Of a stretch of DNA of 64,000 bases, positions 1 through 6,874 are shown in pieces. The stretch lies in contig LBNX01000004.1 of assembly GCA_000989185.1 (NCBI GenBank), forward strand, positions 23,797 through 87,796, in the 5' to 3' direction. The number at the start of each line of letters is the position of its first letter. Position 1 is the first letter of the stretch. Both the position numbers and the translations under genes were made by a program. Source of the stretch: a candidate division TM6 bacterium GW2011_GWF2_28_16 (lineage in GTDB: Bacteria; Babelota; Babeliae; Babelales; UASB340). Below the pieces are notes generated by a model that worked only from the letters and a program-made list of their open reading frames with translations, ran no database searches and was not told the DNA's origin.

Positions 1-239
1 AGGATATTAGCTGTATTACCACTTTTATCCCAACCTGATCTGGCATCGCCATACATGAAATCATCTTCTATCTTCCATGCCCAGTCATCAACTTCATAGT
101 AACGTTCATCATCGAACCAACAAGCTGTTGGATTTCTGTGTAGATTTGCGCTTTTGAAATAATGCGCGTTGTCTTTTGCAGACAAGCCCACACTCAACAA
201 TAAAAGCATGCTGAGTATGCGCATATTTGGTCTTCTCAT
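1..239 (-). CDS. hypothetical secreted protein, N-terminal part (gene runs off window start)
   Basis: Absent from the ORF track because no stop lies in the window. ATG at 239-237 with GAGGAG (rc of 245-250) 5 nt upstream. Reads MRRPNMRILSMLLLLSVGLSAKDNAHYFKSANLHRNPTACWFDDERYYEVDDWAWKIEDDFMYGDARSGWDKSGNTANI, open to position 1. Signal-peptide-like N-terminus, and GC-richer than its neighbours. Confidence 0.55.
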   Translation of the reverse strand, partial: MRRPNMRILSMLLLLSVGLSAKDNAHYFKSANLHRNPTACWFDDERYYEVDDWAWKIEDDFMYGDARSGWDKSGNTANI

Positions 240-467
240 TAAGACTCCTCTCTCGTTATAGTGTTAAACTTACTACCAACTCTTTTGAACATGTTTTTGC
301 GCCACACACGCAAAGTAGTGCCGCAGGCACTGTAGTACCGTGTTCGATACCATGCGATTAGGGTAGATATAAAAAAATATTATTTAAAGTATTTTTTTAA
401 TAATATAGGTTTGTCTTAAAGATAAAGGGTTTTTTGTGATTATAATTAATGTATTATTCTTGTACTT

Positions 468-500
468 GTTATGCTGAATTTGTTTCAGCATTTAGAAATA
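468..500 (+). repeat. F-type hairpin repeat, variant copy
   Basis: GTTATGCTGAA-tttgt-TTCAGCATTTAGAAATA. Same architecture as GTCATCCTGAA-cttgt-TTCAGGATCTAGATA at 59729, with paired stem changes (CC/GG to GC/GC). Confidence 0.55.
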
Positions 501-506
501 TAAATT

Positions 507-700
507 TTTTAACAAATTAATATTTTTTTAATAACAAAGTTCTTCTTTTAACAAAAGAAGAGGCTGTTGGCCTCTCCTTTTGAAATCCTCACCAACAAAA
601 GAGTAAACTCTTTTGAATCTCTTAACGCTTCAAATCGCACCTATCCACCTGTGGTGGAATAGGCGTCTCGATGAAGCTAATAAAGTATTTTATATAAATA
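507..700 (+). repeat. family-1 intergenic repeat, copy 1 (AT-rich leader, two hairpins, module A hairpin)
   Basis: 507-628 is near-identical to 2210-2332. Contains hairpins AGAGGC-tgttg-GCCTCT and AAAAGAG-taaa-CTCTTTT. Module A stem is CCTATCCACC-tgt-GGTGGAATAGG (640-663). Ends in AGCTAATAAAGTA, as the other copies do. Confidence 0.8.
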
Positions 701-707
701 TAATTTC

Positions 708-752
708 AAAAAGAGCCTGCTTTAGCTGGCGTAACTGTGCTAGCGGCAGGCT
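708..752 (-). terminator. putative rho-independent terminator downstream of uppP
   Basis: On the minus strand, stem AGCCTGC (752-746) pairs with GCAGGCT (720-714), followed by CTTTTT. It starts 15 nt after the uppP stop. Confidence 0.45.
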
Positions 753-766
753 AGCGCTTGCTGCGT

Positions 767-1645
767 TTAACGTGAGATAATTAACCAAATTATTAAAATA
801 ATTATTGGTATTGGCATATAATATGCAAATTTATATAATTTGCCAGATTCAGCAATTTGTTTAACTTTTTTGAAAATAAAATAAGAGATAATGCTAGCCC
901 AGCCTACGCACAAGGCTACGGCGGGCATGCTATAATTAGGTGAAATATAATAAATAAAGTTTTTATTTGTCATTATAATTTTATAAACCCCCAACAAAAA
1001 TCCAGCGCAAATAATTGGGAATTGTATTAAAAATGTTATTTCAAAATTTCTTTTTAAATTTTTATTTAATAAACTCGCAAAAAAGAATACTGCTGCAAAT
1101 CTTGATATACCTGGGATTAGTGCAAGCCCCTGCACAAGGCCAAGAAGGGCAAAATTTATCGCAATGTGATTATTCGCCAGGCGATAGCCTGGCTCTACCT
1201 CAATGCCGCCACGCCTTGCGGCGGGCTCAAATGCCAGCAATAAGCCTGTTATACAAAAGCCAGTGAGTAATAAAAAATTAGAATTATAAAAGCTTAAATT
1301 TGTGATATAAAATTTAAATAAAAGCCAGATTAAAACTGTTATGCTGTCAGCAATAAAAATAAGCGATATTATTTTAAAAAATATTTTATATAAATTTTTA
1401 TAAGAATCTTTTAAATATATTTTTTTATTAAGTATGCCTGATAATAATTTTTGTATAGGCCCCCACCAGTTTTTATAAAAAATTATTAATAATATAATTA
1501 TTGTTGGTAAGTGCAAAACGTAATCAAAATATTCTGGAATATTTATACCAAAAAGTTTTTCTGCTAATAAAAAATGGCCAGAGCTCGAGATTGGCAGTGA
1601 TTCTAATATTATTTGTATAAAAATAAATATGATAATATAAAACAT
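767..1645 (-). CDS. uppP: undecaprenyl-diphosphate phosphatase (BacA/UppP family)
   Basis: 292 aa polytopic membrane protein. N-terminal LPISSSGH matches the UppP LPxSSxGH motif, and GLALIPGISR matches the ALxPGxSRSG motif. Confidence 0.85.
   Translation of the reverse strand: MFYIIIFIFIQIILESLPISSSGHFLLAEKLFGINIPEYFDYVLHLPTIIILLIIFYKNWWGPIQKLLSGILNKKIYLKDSYKNLYKIFFKIISLIFIADSITVLIWLLFKFYITNLSFYNSNFLLLTGFCITGLLLAFEPAARRGGIEVEPGYRLANNHIAINFALLGLVQGLALIPGISRFAAVFFFASLLNKNLKRNFEITFLIQFPIICAGFLLGVYKIIMTNKNFIYYISPNYSMPAVALCVGWASIISYFIFKKVKQIAESGKLYKFAYYMPIPIIILIIWLIISR
1175..1228. repeat. GC-rich palindromic segment translated in frame within uppP
   Basis: 54 nt encoding EPAARRGGIEVEPGYRLA. Contains hairpin GCCAGGC-gata-GCCTGGC (1176-1193). 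Also contains GCCGCCACGCCTTGCGGCGGGC, which resembles the intergenic modules at 5291-5318 and 11891-11916. GC rises sharply here in an AT-rich gene. Confidence 0.5.
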
Positions 1646-1691
1646 AAGTTAGCTTTCTTTTTTTATGATATTTACCGTTTTTATTGTTAAG

Positions 1692-1720
1692 TTGCAATGT
1701 ACAATCCAAAATATTATAAA
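1692..1720 (+). promoter_or_regulatory. candidate sigma70-type promoter for the antitoxin/toxin-remnant pair
   Basis: TTGCAA (1692-1697), 17-nt spacer, TATAAA (1715-1720), about 30 nt upstream of the ATG at 1750. Pattern match only. Confidence 0.3.
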
Positions 1721-1749
1721 TATATAGATATTAATTTGAAAGGATAATT

Positions 1750-1956
1750 ATGAAAAATTTCTTAGATGACTTGGCTCCAAATATTATAAAAAATAGTTCA
1801 GGACAAGAGATAGGTGTGTTTTTTGATATTAAAGATTATAATTTGCTTCTTGAGCATTTAGAAGAATTGTATTTGGGCAAAATTGCACAAAAAATTAAAA
1901 AAGAAGAAGGTGATAATTTAAAGAGCTTAGAAGATTTTGAAAAAGATCTTGATTAA
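1750..1956 (+). CDS. putative type II antitoxin (Phd/YefM-like)
   Basis: 68 aa acidic protein. Its stop lies 2 nt before a RelE/ParE-like remnant, which is the typical antitoxin-first arrangement. Confidence 0.5.
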   Translation: MKNFLDDLAPNIIKNSSGQEIGVFFDIKDYNLLLEHLEELYLGKIAQKIKKEEGDNLKSLEDFEKDLD

Positions 1957-1958
1957 AG

Positions 1959-2117
1959 ATGAGTAAAAATAGTTTATTTGGTTACAAAATATTTTTAACT
2001 AATAGAGCACAAAAAGAAATAAAAAAACTTACAAAGATAGATAGAGATAATGTATCTATAATTTTTGTTGGGCATAGAAAAAAAGTATATCAAGAATTTA
2101 AAAATATGTTTGGCTAA
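1959..2117 (+). pseudogene. internally deleted RelE/ParE-family toxin remnant
   Basis: 52-aa ORF not in the track: MSKNSLFGYKIFLTNRAQKEIKKLTKIDRDNVSIIFVGHRKKVYQEFKNMFG. It keeps the family N-terminus (Y-I-F-T..A.KEIKKL) and C-terminus (VSIIFVGHRKKVY). About 40 residues of the core are missing. Confidence 0.55.
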
Positions 2118-2209
2118 TTTTTTTAATACAGATTATAGATTATTTTTATAGTATTAATTTTTATTAAAATTTTAATTTAAAAATAACTTTAATAAAGTAA
2201 TAAAAGATC

Positions 2210-2416
2210 TTTTAACAAATTAATATTTTTTTAATAACAAAGTTTTTCTTTCTACAAAAGAAGAGGCTGTTGGCCTCTCCTTTTGAAATCCTCACCAACA
2301 AAAGAGTAAACTCTTTTGAATCTCTTAACGCTCCAACTCACATTGCCGGTTGCGCACTACGTGCTATCCGGACAAATGTTCGGTGTAGCTAATAAAGTAT
2401 TTTTTATAAATTGTAG
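2210..2416 (+). repeat. family-1 intergenic repeat, copy 2 (alternative inner hairpin cassette)
   Basis: 2210-2332 matches 507-628 with only a few mismatches. The module A hairpin is replaced by a different GC-rich hairpin (ACATTGCCGG...CCGGACAAATGT, inner GCAC-tac-GTGC). The shared end AGCTAATAAAGTATTTTTTATAAATTGTAG is retained. Confidence 0.8.
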
Positions 2417-2467
2417 TTTGAAGTATATATGCGACAAGCAATACTTGTGTTAATAATCTAAAAAAAT

Positions 2468-2757
2468 CTTTATTAGCTTCATCGAGACACCCATTCCACA
2501 AACGGTGGATGGGTGCGATTTGAAGCGACACAAAGGGTTTTAAAAGGGTCGTCCCTTTTATTTGCGGGGATCGCAAAGGGGTTGTCAAAACATAACCCCT
2601 TTGCAAACGAAATAAATATTTTAATTAAAAAAGAGTTTATCCAGCCTTCGCGTAAAGCTTCCAACTTCGCCAAGGCTTCGATGGACAGGACGGCGGACAC
2701 AGTCAGTAAAGATGATTTTCTTATATCTGGATCCTGAAATAAATTCAGGATGACAAA
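2468..2757. repeat. mosaic of GC-rich hairpin modules (A inverted, C, D, E, B inverted, F inverted)
   Basis: 2468-2527 is the rc of module A. AAAAGGG-tcgt-CCCTTTT lies at 2542-2559 and TTTGCG-gggat-CGCAAA at 2561-2577. GCAAAGGGGTT-gtcaaaacat-AACCCCTTTGC lies at 2573-2604. 2641-2699 is the rc of module B (5154-5212). 2725-2756 is an F hairpin. Confidence 0.8.
2725..2756 (-). repeat. F-type hairpin repeat
   Basis: The rc reads GTCATCCTGAA-tttat-TTCAGGATCCAGATAT, with a perfect 8-bp stem. Confidence 0.75.
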
Positions 2758-3237
2758 TGATTTTAAAATAAATAATAATAAAAAATAATAAATAATAAAA
2801 AATAAATAAATTTAAATTAAAAAAATTACATAAAAATATAAAATTTCTACACCCCATTTACCTAGCTTTTAAAAGCTAAAAAACCCTTTATTTTTCAGTA
2901 TAATCTTTGCTTTTTGTCGATCAACAGAGGGTTGCAGAATAAAATTTTTTTTTAAAAAACTTGAAATGTGGATCAAGAGTTGCTAAGTTATAAGGCATAA
3001 TGATTTAGAAAAATAAAAAGTGAGACACAAACAACATAAATGTTAGTATGTTTATCTAGTTAAAGAAAGGAGGAGGCACAAAAACAATCTTTCTTTTTTT
3101 CTACTCGTAAGTTTTTACAAGACGTGTTTATAGTAACGAGTTTAGGTAAGTACTTTTAATTGAGTAAGTGAATTCGTCAATAACAGACATGTTTCATTTA
3201 CAAAATTAAAATCGTTTTTTTATAGGGGAAAGACAGT

Positions 3238-4761
3238 ATGAACAAACTGTTAAAAGGTTTACTTGTCACAGCTTTAGTTGTTGGCACCGTAAACGCAGAT
3301 ACAAACAAAACATTCTTAATGCCTAGATCAGCTGGCGTTAATCTTCCAATGGAATACACAACATTTAATGAATTAATTCAACATAAAAATGGCGACTTCT
3401 TTGGAGCTCATTTCCAAGTAGTTCCATTTTATATGGATTCAACAAATGGTTCTGATATAGGTAAGTATTTTGGTATTGCTGGCAAAAATACATTTGTAAT
3501 TGGTAACTCAACTTTAGTTACAGCAGGTACAGCTGATATGAATTATGGATATATAATTCATAATATAGCAACTGCAGCAACTGCTGGTGTTGCAACATTG
3601 AATTTTGATCCAGAACTACAAGCTTATGGTGCAAGAATTGATTATTATCAAGATTTAGAAAAAATTCTTGATGGTTTATATTTAAAAGTTGCATTACCTA
3701 TAGTTCACACTGAAACAAAGATAAATAGAACAGTTTCATCTGTTACAGCAAGTAACAATTTGACAGAAGCACACTTGAATGAATATTTTGCTGGTACTTA
3801 TTCTCAAGATATTGCAGATGCAAATGCTCAAGCAGTTCTTGAACATGCAAAAAGAGATGGTTCTCATTCAGAAACATCTGTTGCAGACATTGATGTAGTA
3901 TTAGGCTACAAGATTTGGGACAAAGAAAAATACTCTTTTGCATTAAATCTTGGCTTAACAATTCCTGTTGGCAATGATGCTGATGGAGATTGGGCATTTG
4001 AACCAATAGTCGGCAATGGCGATCATTGGGGCTTTGGTGGTGGCTTAGATGCAATGGTAAGACTTTGGAAGAAGAATGATCAAGATATTAAATTAACATT
4101 AGCAGCTAACTATAGATATTTATTCTCTGGTACAGAAAAGAGAACATTGGGCTTAAATGATGTTGATGGTGTAGAAGTTCCTTTTGGCCAATATTATTTA
4201 GCAGCAACAATTGGTGATATACGTAGAACTCAACAATTACAACCTGTTGCAAATCTTTTAACACAAGATGTTAAAGTAGAGACAGGCAGCCAATTGGATG
4301 CAGAGTTATATTTTACATATAACAATGGTGGCTGGAATGTAGAACTTGGCTATAACCTATTCTACAAAGATTCTGAAGATGTAAGTCTTAAGAATGCTTG
4401 GTCAGACGGAGTATATGGTATAGCATTTATAGATCAAACATTTGCTACTGGTGGTGATGGTACTTTCGTAGCATCTGCAGATGGTACTGCCGCTGTTGGT
4501 GCTAATGGTGGTTCTCGTGGTCTTATAAACAATACTCCAACAAATACAGCTTTAGGCCAAACAACCAGAGCTTATGGTATCAATACCCATGTCGCAGAAT
4601 CAGCATCACAATTTACAAACAAGATCTTTGGTGGCGTTGGATATATTTTCAGAGAATGGGAATATCCAATGATGCTAAACATCAGTGGTGCATATGAATT
4701 TGCTGATCGTGATGCAATTGAAAATTGGCAAATCTGGGGTAAGATTGGCGTTAAATTTTAA
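3238..4761 (+). CDS. secreted outer-membrane beta-barrel candidate, OMP family paralogue 1
   Basis: 507 aa with signal peptide MNKLLKGLLVTALVVGTVNA and a C-terminal ...WGKIGVKF ending in Phe. Clear paralogy with 6994-8571 and 13647-15074 (TNKT(F/Y)L..RS, DIGKYFG, LQP.AN.LTQ.VK..(T/P)GS.LD). SD GGGGAAAG upstream. Confidence 0.65.
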   Translation: MNKLLKGLLVTALVVGTVNADTNKTFLMPRSAGVNLPMEYTTFNELIQHKNGDFFGAHFQVVPFYMDSTNGSDIGKYFGIAGKNTFVIGNSTLVTAGTADMNYGYIIHNIATAATAGVATLNFDPELQAYGARIDYYQDLEKILDGLYLKVALPIVHTETKINRTVSSVTASNNLTEAHLNEYFAGTYSQDIADANAQAVLEHAKRDGSHSETSVADIDVVLGYKIWDKEKYSFALNLGLTIPVGNDADGDWAFEPIVGNGDHWGFGGGLDAMVRLWKKNDQDIKLTLAANYRYLFSGTEKRTLGLNDVDGVEVPFGQYYLAATIGDIRRTQQLQPVANLLTQDVKVETGSQLDAELYFTYNNGGWNVELGYNLFYKDSEDVSLKNAWSDGVYGIAFIDQTFATGGDGTFVASADGTAAVGANGGSRGLINNTPTNTALGQTTRAYGINTHVAESASQFTNKIFGGVGYIFREWEYPMMLNISGAYEFADRDAIENWQIWGKIGVKF

Positions 4762-4834
4762 TTGAATAATTAATAATTTAATTTCAATTTACCATGATCC
4801 ATAAAGTAATTTGTGGATTACGATGTAAATCGAT

Positions 4835-4864
4835 GGGGCTCATAGAAATATGAGCCCTTTTTTG
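4835..4864 (+). terminator. rho-independent terminator after OMP paralogue 1
   Basis: GGGCTCATA-gaaa-TATGAGCCC followed by TTTTTT. Confidence 0.7.
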
Positions 4865-4935
4865 TTATATGAATTTTTTATTTATATTTTAATTTTTGAG
4901 TTTTCGTTACTGATTAACTTATTTTAAATATAAAA

Positions 4936-5404
4936 TTTATTTCGTCTTTAGGGGACTTCATTTTGGAAGTCCCCTATAACCCCTGCAAACAAAAGAGTAA
5001 ACTCTTTTGAATCTCTTGACGCTTCAAATCGCACCCCTCCACCGTTGGTGGAACGGGTGTCTCGATGAAGCTAATAAAGTACTTTTTATAAATTGTAGCA
5101 TTATATCTAGTGTTTAATTTAAAGATCTCCATATTAGACTTACCTTGTCTGCCTGTCCGCCGTCCTGTCCATCGAAGCCTTGGCAAAGTTGGAAGCCTTG
5201 TGCAAAGGCTGGAAGTGCCTAATGACGTTAGTCAGGAGGCACGAGTTAAGTCGTAATAAAGGGTTTTAAAAGGGTCTTCCCTTTTGACCTGCCCGCCATA
5301 GCCTTGGCGACGGCTGGGTTTACAGGGGTTATAGGGGACCATTAAATACATCGATGCCCTTTAGGCGTTGAGATGAAATCATGGTCCCCTAAAGACGAAA
5401 TAAA
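4936..5404. mobile_element. 469-bp composite palindromic element bounded by perfect inverted repeats (MITE-like, no ORF)
   Basis: Outer IR is TTTATTTCGTCTTTAGGGGAC (4936-4956) against GTCCCCTAAAGACGAAATAAA (5384-5404), 21/21. Inner IR is GTCCCCTATAACCCCTG (4969-4985) against CAGGGGTTATAGGGGAC (5323-5339), 17/17. The interior carries module A (4986-5099), module B (5154-5212), module C (5258-5286) and a CGCCATAGCCTTGGCGACGGC module. Confidence 0.6.
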
Positions 5405-5489
5405 CTTTTTAAGTAAAAAAGAGTTAGTCAGAAAATATAACTTAGAAATTAAATTTAAATTAAATTTAAATTTTAAGTTATAATTCGTT

Positions 5490-5739
5490 TTAATTTACAA
5501 TTTTATTTTTAAAAATTTTAGCAATTTTATTTTTATCTAGTTTAGAACATGCTATATCAAGGCCTAAATTAACAAGTTCTTCATTTGTAAAATTTACGAT
5601 ATAGCCATTTAATTCTAAAAAGATTATTGCTGTCATAAGGCCAGTTCTTTTATTGCCATCAAAAAATGGATGATTTTTTAATTAATTGATCATGTATTTT
5701 AATAATTTGATTAATAGATAAAAAAATAATTTTAGACAT
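5490..5739 (-). pseudogene. doc: Doc/Fic-family toxin pseudogene (internal deletion plus frameshift)
   Basis: ATG at 5739 gives MSKIIFLSINQIIKIHDQLIKKSSIF then a stop. The adjacent frame reads HPFFDGNKRTGLMTAIIFLELNGYIVNFTNEELVNLGLDIACSKLDKNKIAKIFKNKIVN. HPFxDGNKRT is the Doc/Fic active-site motif. About 40 residues between the N-terminal helix and the motif are missing. Confidence 0.7.
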
Positions 5740-5743
5740 AGCT

Positions 5744-5935
5744 TTATTTATGCGCTAATTCTTTTAAGGCGTTAGAATATTTTTTTATATTTTTTTTAAC
5801 AATTTTATCAAATTTATTCTGATCTTGAATAACAAGGATGACTTTTATTTTACTGTTTTTTAATTTTTGTTTATATTTTTGTGGAATTTTTAAAAAACCA
5901 TTTTCTTCTTGTGTTATAAATTCTATTTTTTCCAT
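5744..5935 (-). CDS. putative antitoxin partner of the doc remnant
   Basis: 63 aa. Its stop lies 4 nt upstream of the doc-remnant ATG on the same strand, the antitoxin-first order. Confidence 0.5.
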   Translation of the reverse strand: MEKIEFITQEENGFLKIPQKYKQKLKNSKIKVILVIQDQNKFDKIVKKNIKKYSNALKELAHK

Positions 5936-5965
5936 ATTTTGTCCTTATAATAATAATTTTTAAAA

Positions 5966-5991
5966 TTATAACTTAAATTTGTTAGTTATAA
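5966..5991. promoter_or_regulatory. inverted repeat upstream of the antitoxin (candidate operator)
   Basis: TTATAACT-N10-AGTTATAA, a perfect 8-bp IR 31-56 nt upstream of the ATG at 5935. Confidence 0.3.
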
Positions 5992-6062
5992 AAATTTAAT
6001 AAAATTTAAATAAATTTAGCGTATTTTGATTATATAAATATTATAATTATTTGTTTTATAAC

Positions 6063-6112
6063 TTTTACTTGGCCTATAATTATACTTATTGCTATATTAA
6101 TTTTATTAAATA
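6063..6112 (+). repeat. 50-bp direct repeat, copy 1 (upstream of the MNT/HEPN pair)
   Basis: TTTTACTTGGCCTATAATTATACTTATTGCTATATTAATTTTATTAAATA. Matches 6875-6924 at 48/50. Confidence 0.85.
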
Positions 6113-6143
6113 TTTAAATGTTAAAAAAAACAGGAACATAAAT

Positions 6144-6458
6144 ATGAAAAATATTTTGGATGAAATAAAAAATAGATTAGTAAAAGTATATAGTCCTACA
6201 AAAATATATTTATTTGGCTCTAGCGCTTGGGGTAAGCAAACACCAGAAAGTGATTTAGACTTATTGATATTAATTCCAGAATCTAACGAAAGAAGTTACA
6301 AACGAGCAATTAAAGGAGAATTAGCTTTAGCAGATTTATTGGTTTCTAGAGATTTACTTGTTTATACAGAAAAAGAATTTGAATCTCTAGCAAGCGATGT
6401 AACTACTTTATGCTATAAAATAAAAAAAGAGGGAAAAGTAATCTATGCAAATGCATGA
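6144..6458 (+). CDS. nucleotidyltransferase-domain protein (MNT-type antitoxin)
   Basis: Start moved to the ATG at 6144, which has an AGGA SD. Contains the GS...D.D minimal nucleotidyltransferase motif (LFGSSAWGKQTPESDLDLLIL). Overlaps the downstream HEPN gene by 14 nt. Confidence 0.75.
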   Translation: MKNILDEIKNRLVKVYSPTKIYLFGSSAWGKQTPESDLDLLILIPESNERSYKRAIKGELALADLLVSRDLLVYTEKEFESLASDVTTLCYKIKKEGKVIYANA

Positions 6459-6864
6459 TGCATGGTTAAAAAAAGCTCATAGTGATTTATTAATAGCAAA
6501 AAAACTTTTTGATTTAAATGAGCTTGATTTATTTGATGGCGCAGCATATCACACTCAACAGTGTGCAGAAAAAGCTTTTAAATCATATTTGGCATATAAA
6601 AAACAAAATATTGAAAAAACACATAATTTAGTTTTATTGGTAAAATTATGTAGTCAGTATGATGCTGAATTTGAATCTTTATTGAATATATCAGCTATCT
6701 TAAATCCATATAGTATTAAATTTAGATATCCAGATGATGTAATGGTTCCAGAAAAGAGTGACTTAAAAGAGGCAATAGACTCTGCAGAAGTTATATTTAA
6801 ATTTATAAAGAAAAAAATTTCTGAGTTTAATACAGGACAGGGTAGTATATTTAGAAAATTATAA
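6445..6864 (+). CDS. HEPN-domain protein (toxin of the HEPN/MNT pair)
   Basis: 139 aa all-helical protein directly coupled to the MNT gene. The layout and size are typical of HEPN partners. Confidence 0.65.
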   Translation: MQMHDAWLKKAHSDLLIAKKLFDLNELDLFDGAAYHTQQCAEKAFKSYLAYKKQNIEKTHNLVLLVKLCSQYDAEFESLLNISAILNPYSIKFRYPDDVMVPEKSDLKEAIDSAEVIFKFIKKKISEFNTGQGSIFRKL

Positions 6865-6874
6865 ACTTTATAAA

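Noticed and set aside
1015-1266. An 83-aa plus-strand ORF across the uppP GC-rich segment.
   Set aside because: It is antisense to uppP and exists only because the palindromic insert is open on both strands.
2364-2857. Four overlapping 73-80-aa ORFs in the track (2364-2606, 2479-2700, 2513-2737, 2621-2857), plus 4974-5186.
   Set aside because: They lie entirely in the GC-rich palindromic repeat mosaics and overlap each other on both strands. They lack ribosome-binding sites and read as Arg/Gly/Pro-rich translations of hairpins. They are treated as non-coding repeats.
240-5404. Whether the GC-rich modules are fragments of known structured RNAs (RNase P RNA, tmRNA, SRP/4.5S RNA, extra tRNAs).
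   Set aside because: Comparison by eye found none of the universal cores (RNase P GAGGAAAGUCC, SRP GGAA/AGCA domain IV, tmRNA tRNA-like end) and no further cloverleaf. A covariance-model scan would be needed to be certain.
5446-5490. AT-rich tandem and palindromic sequence (ATAACTTAGAAATT AAATTTAAATT AAATTTAAATT TTAAGTTAT) considered as a CRISPR-like or other repeat array.
   Set aside because: There are only two short AT-only units with no spacers. It is more simply a weak hairpin downstream of the doc remnant. No CRISPR array exists anywhere in the window.
6051-6143. N-terminal extensions proposed by the ORF track (6051, 6952, 10024, 16618, 31296, 36151, 38587, 41830, 45162, 50095, 56380, 58299, 61883).
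   Set aside because: Internal ATG or GTG codons have better Shine-Dalgarno spacing and match the known N-termini of the families. Several extensions run through repeats or the preceding gene.
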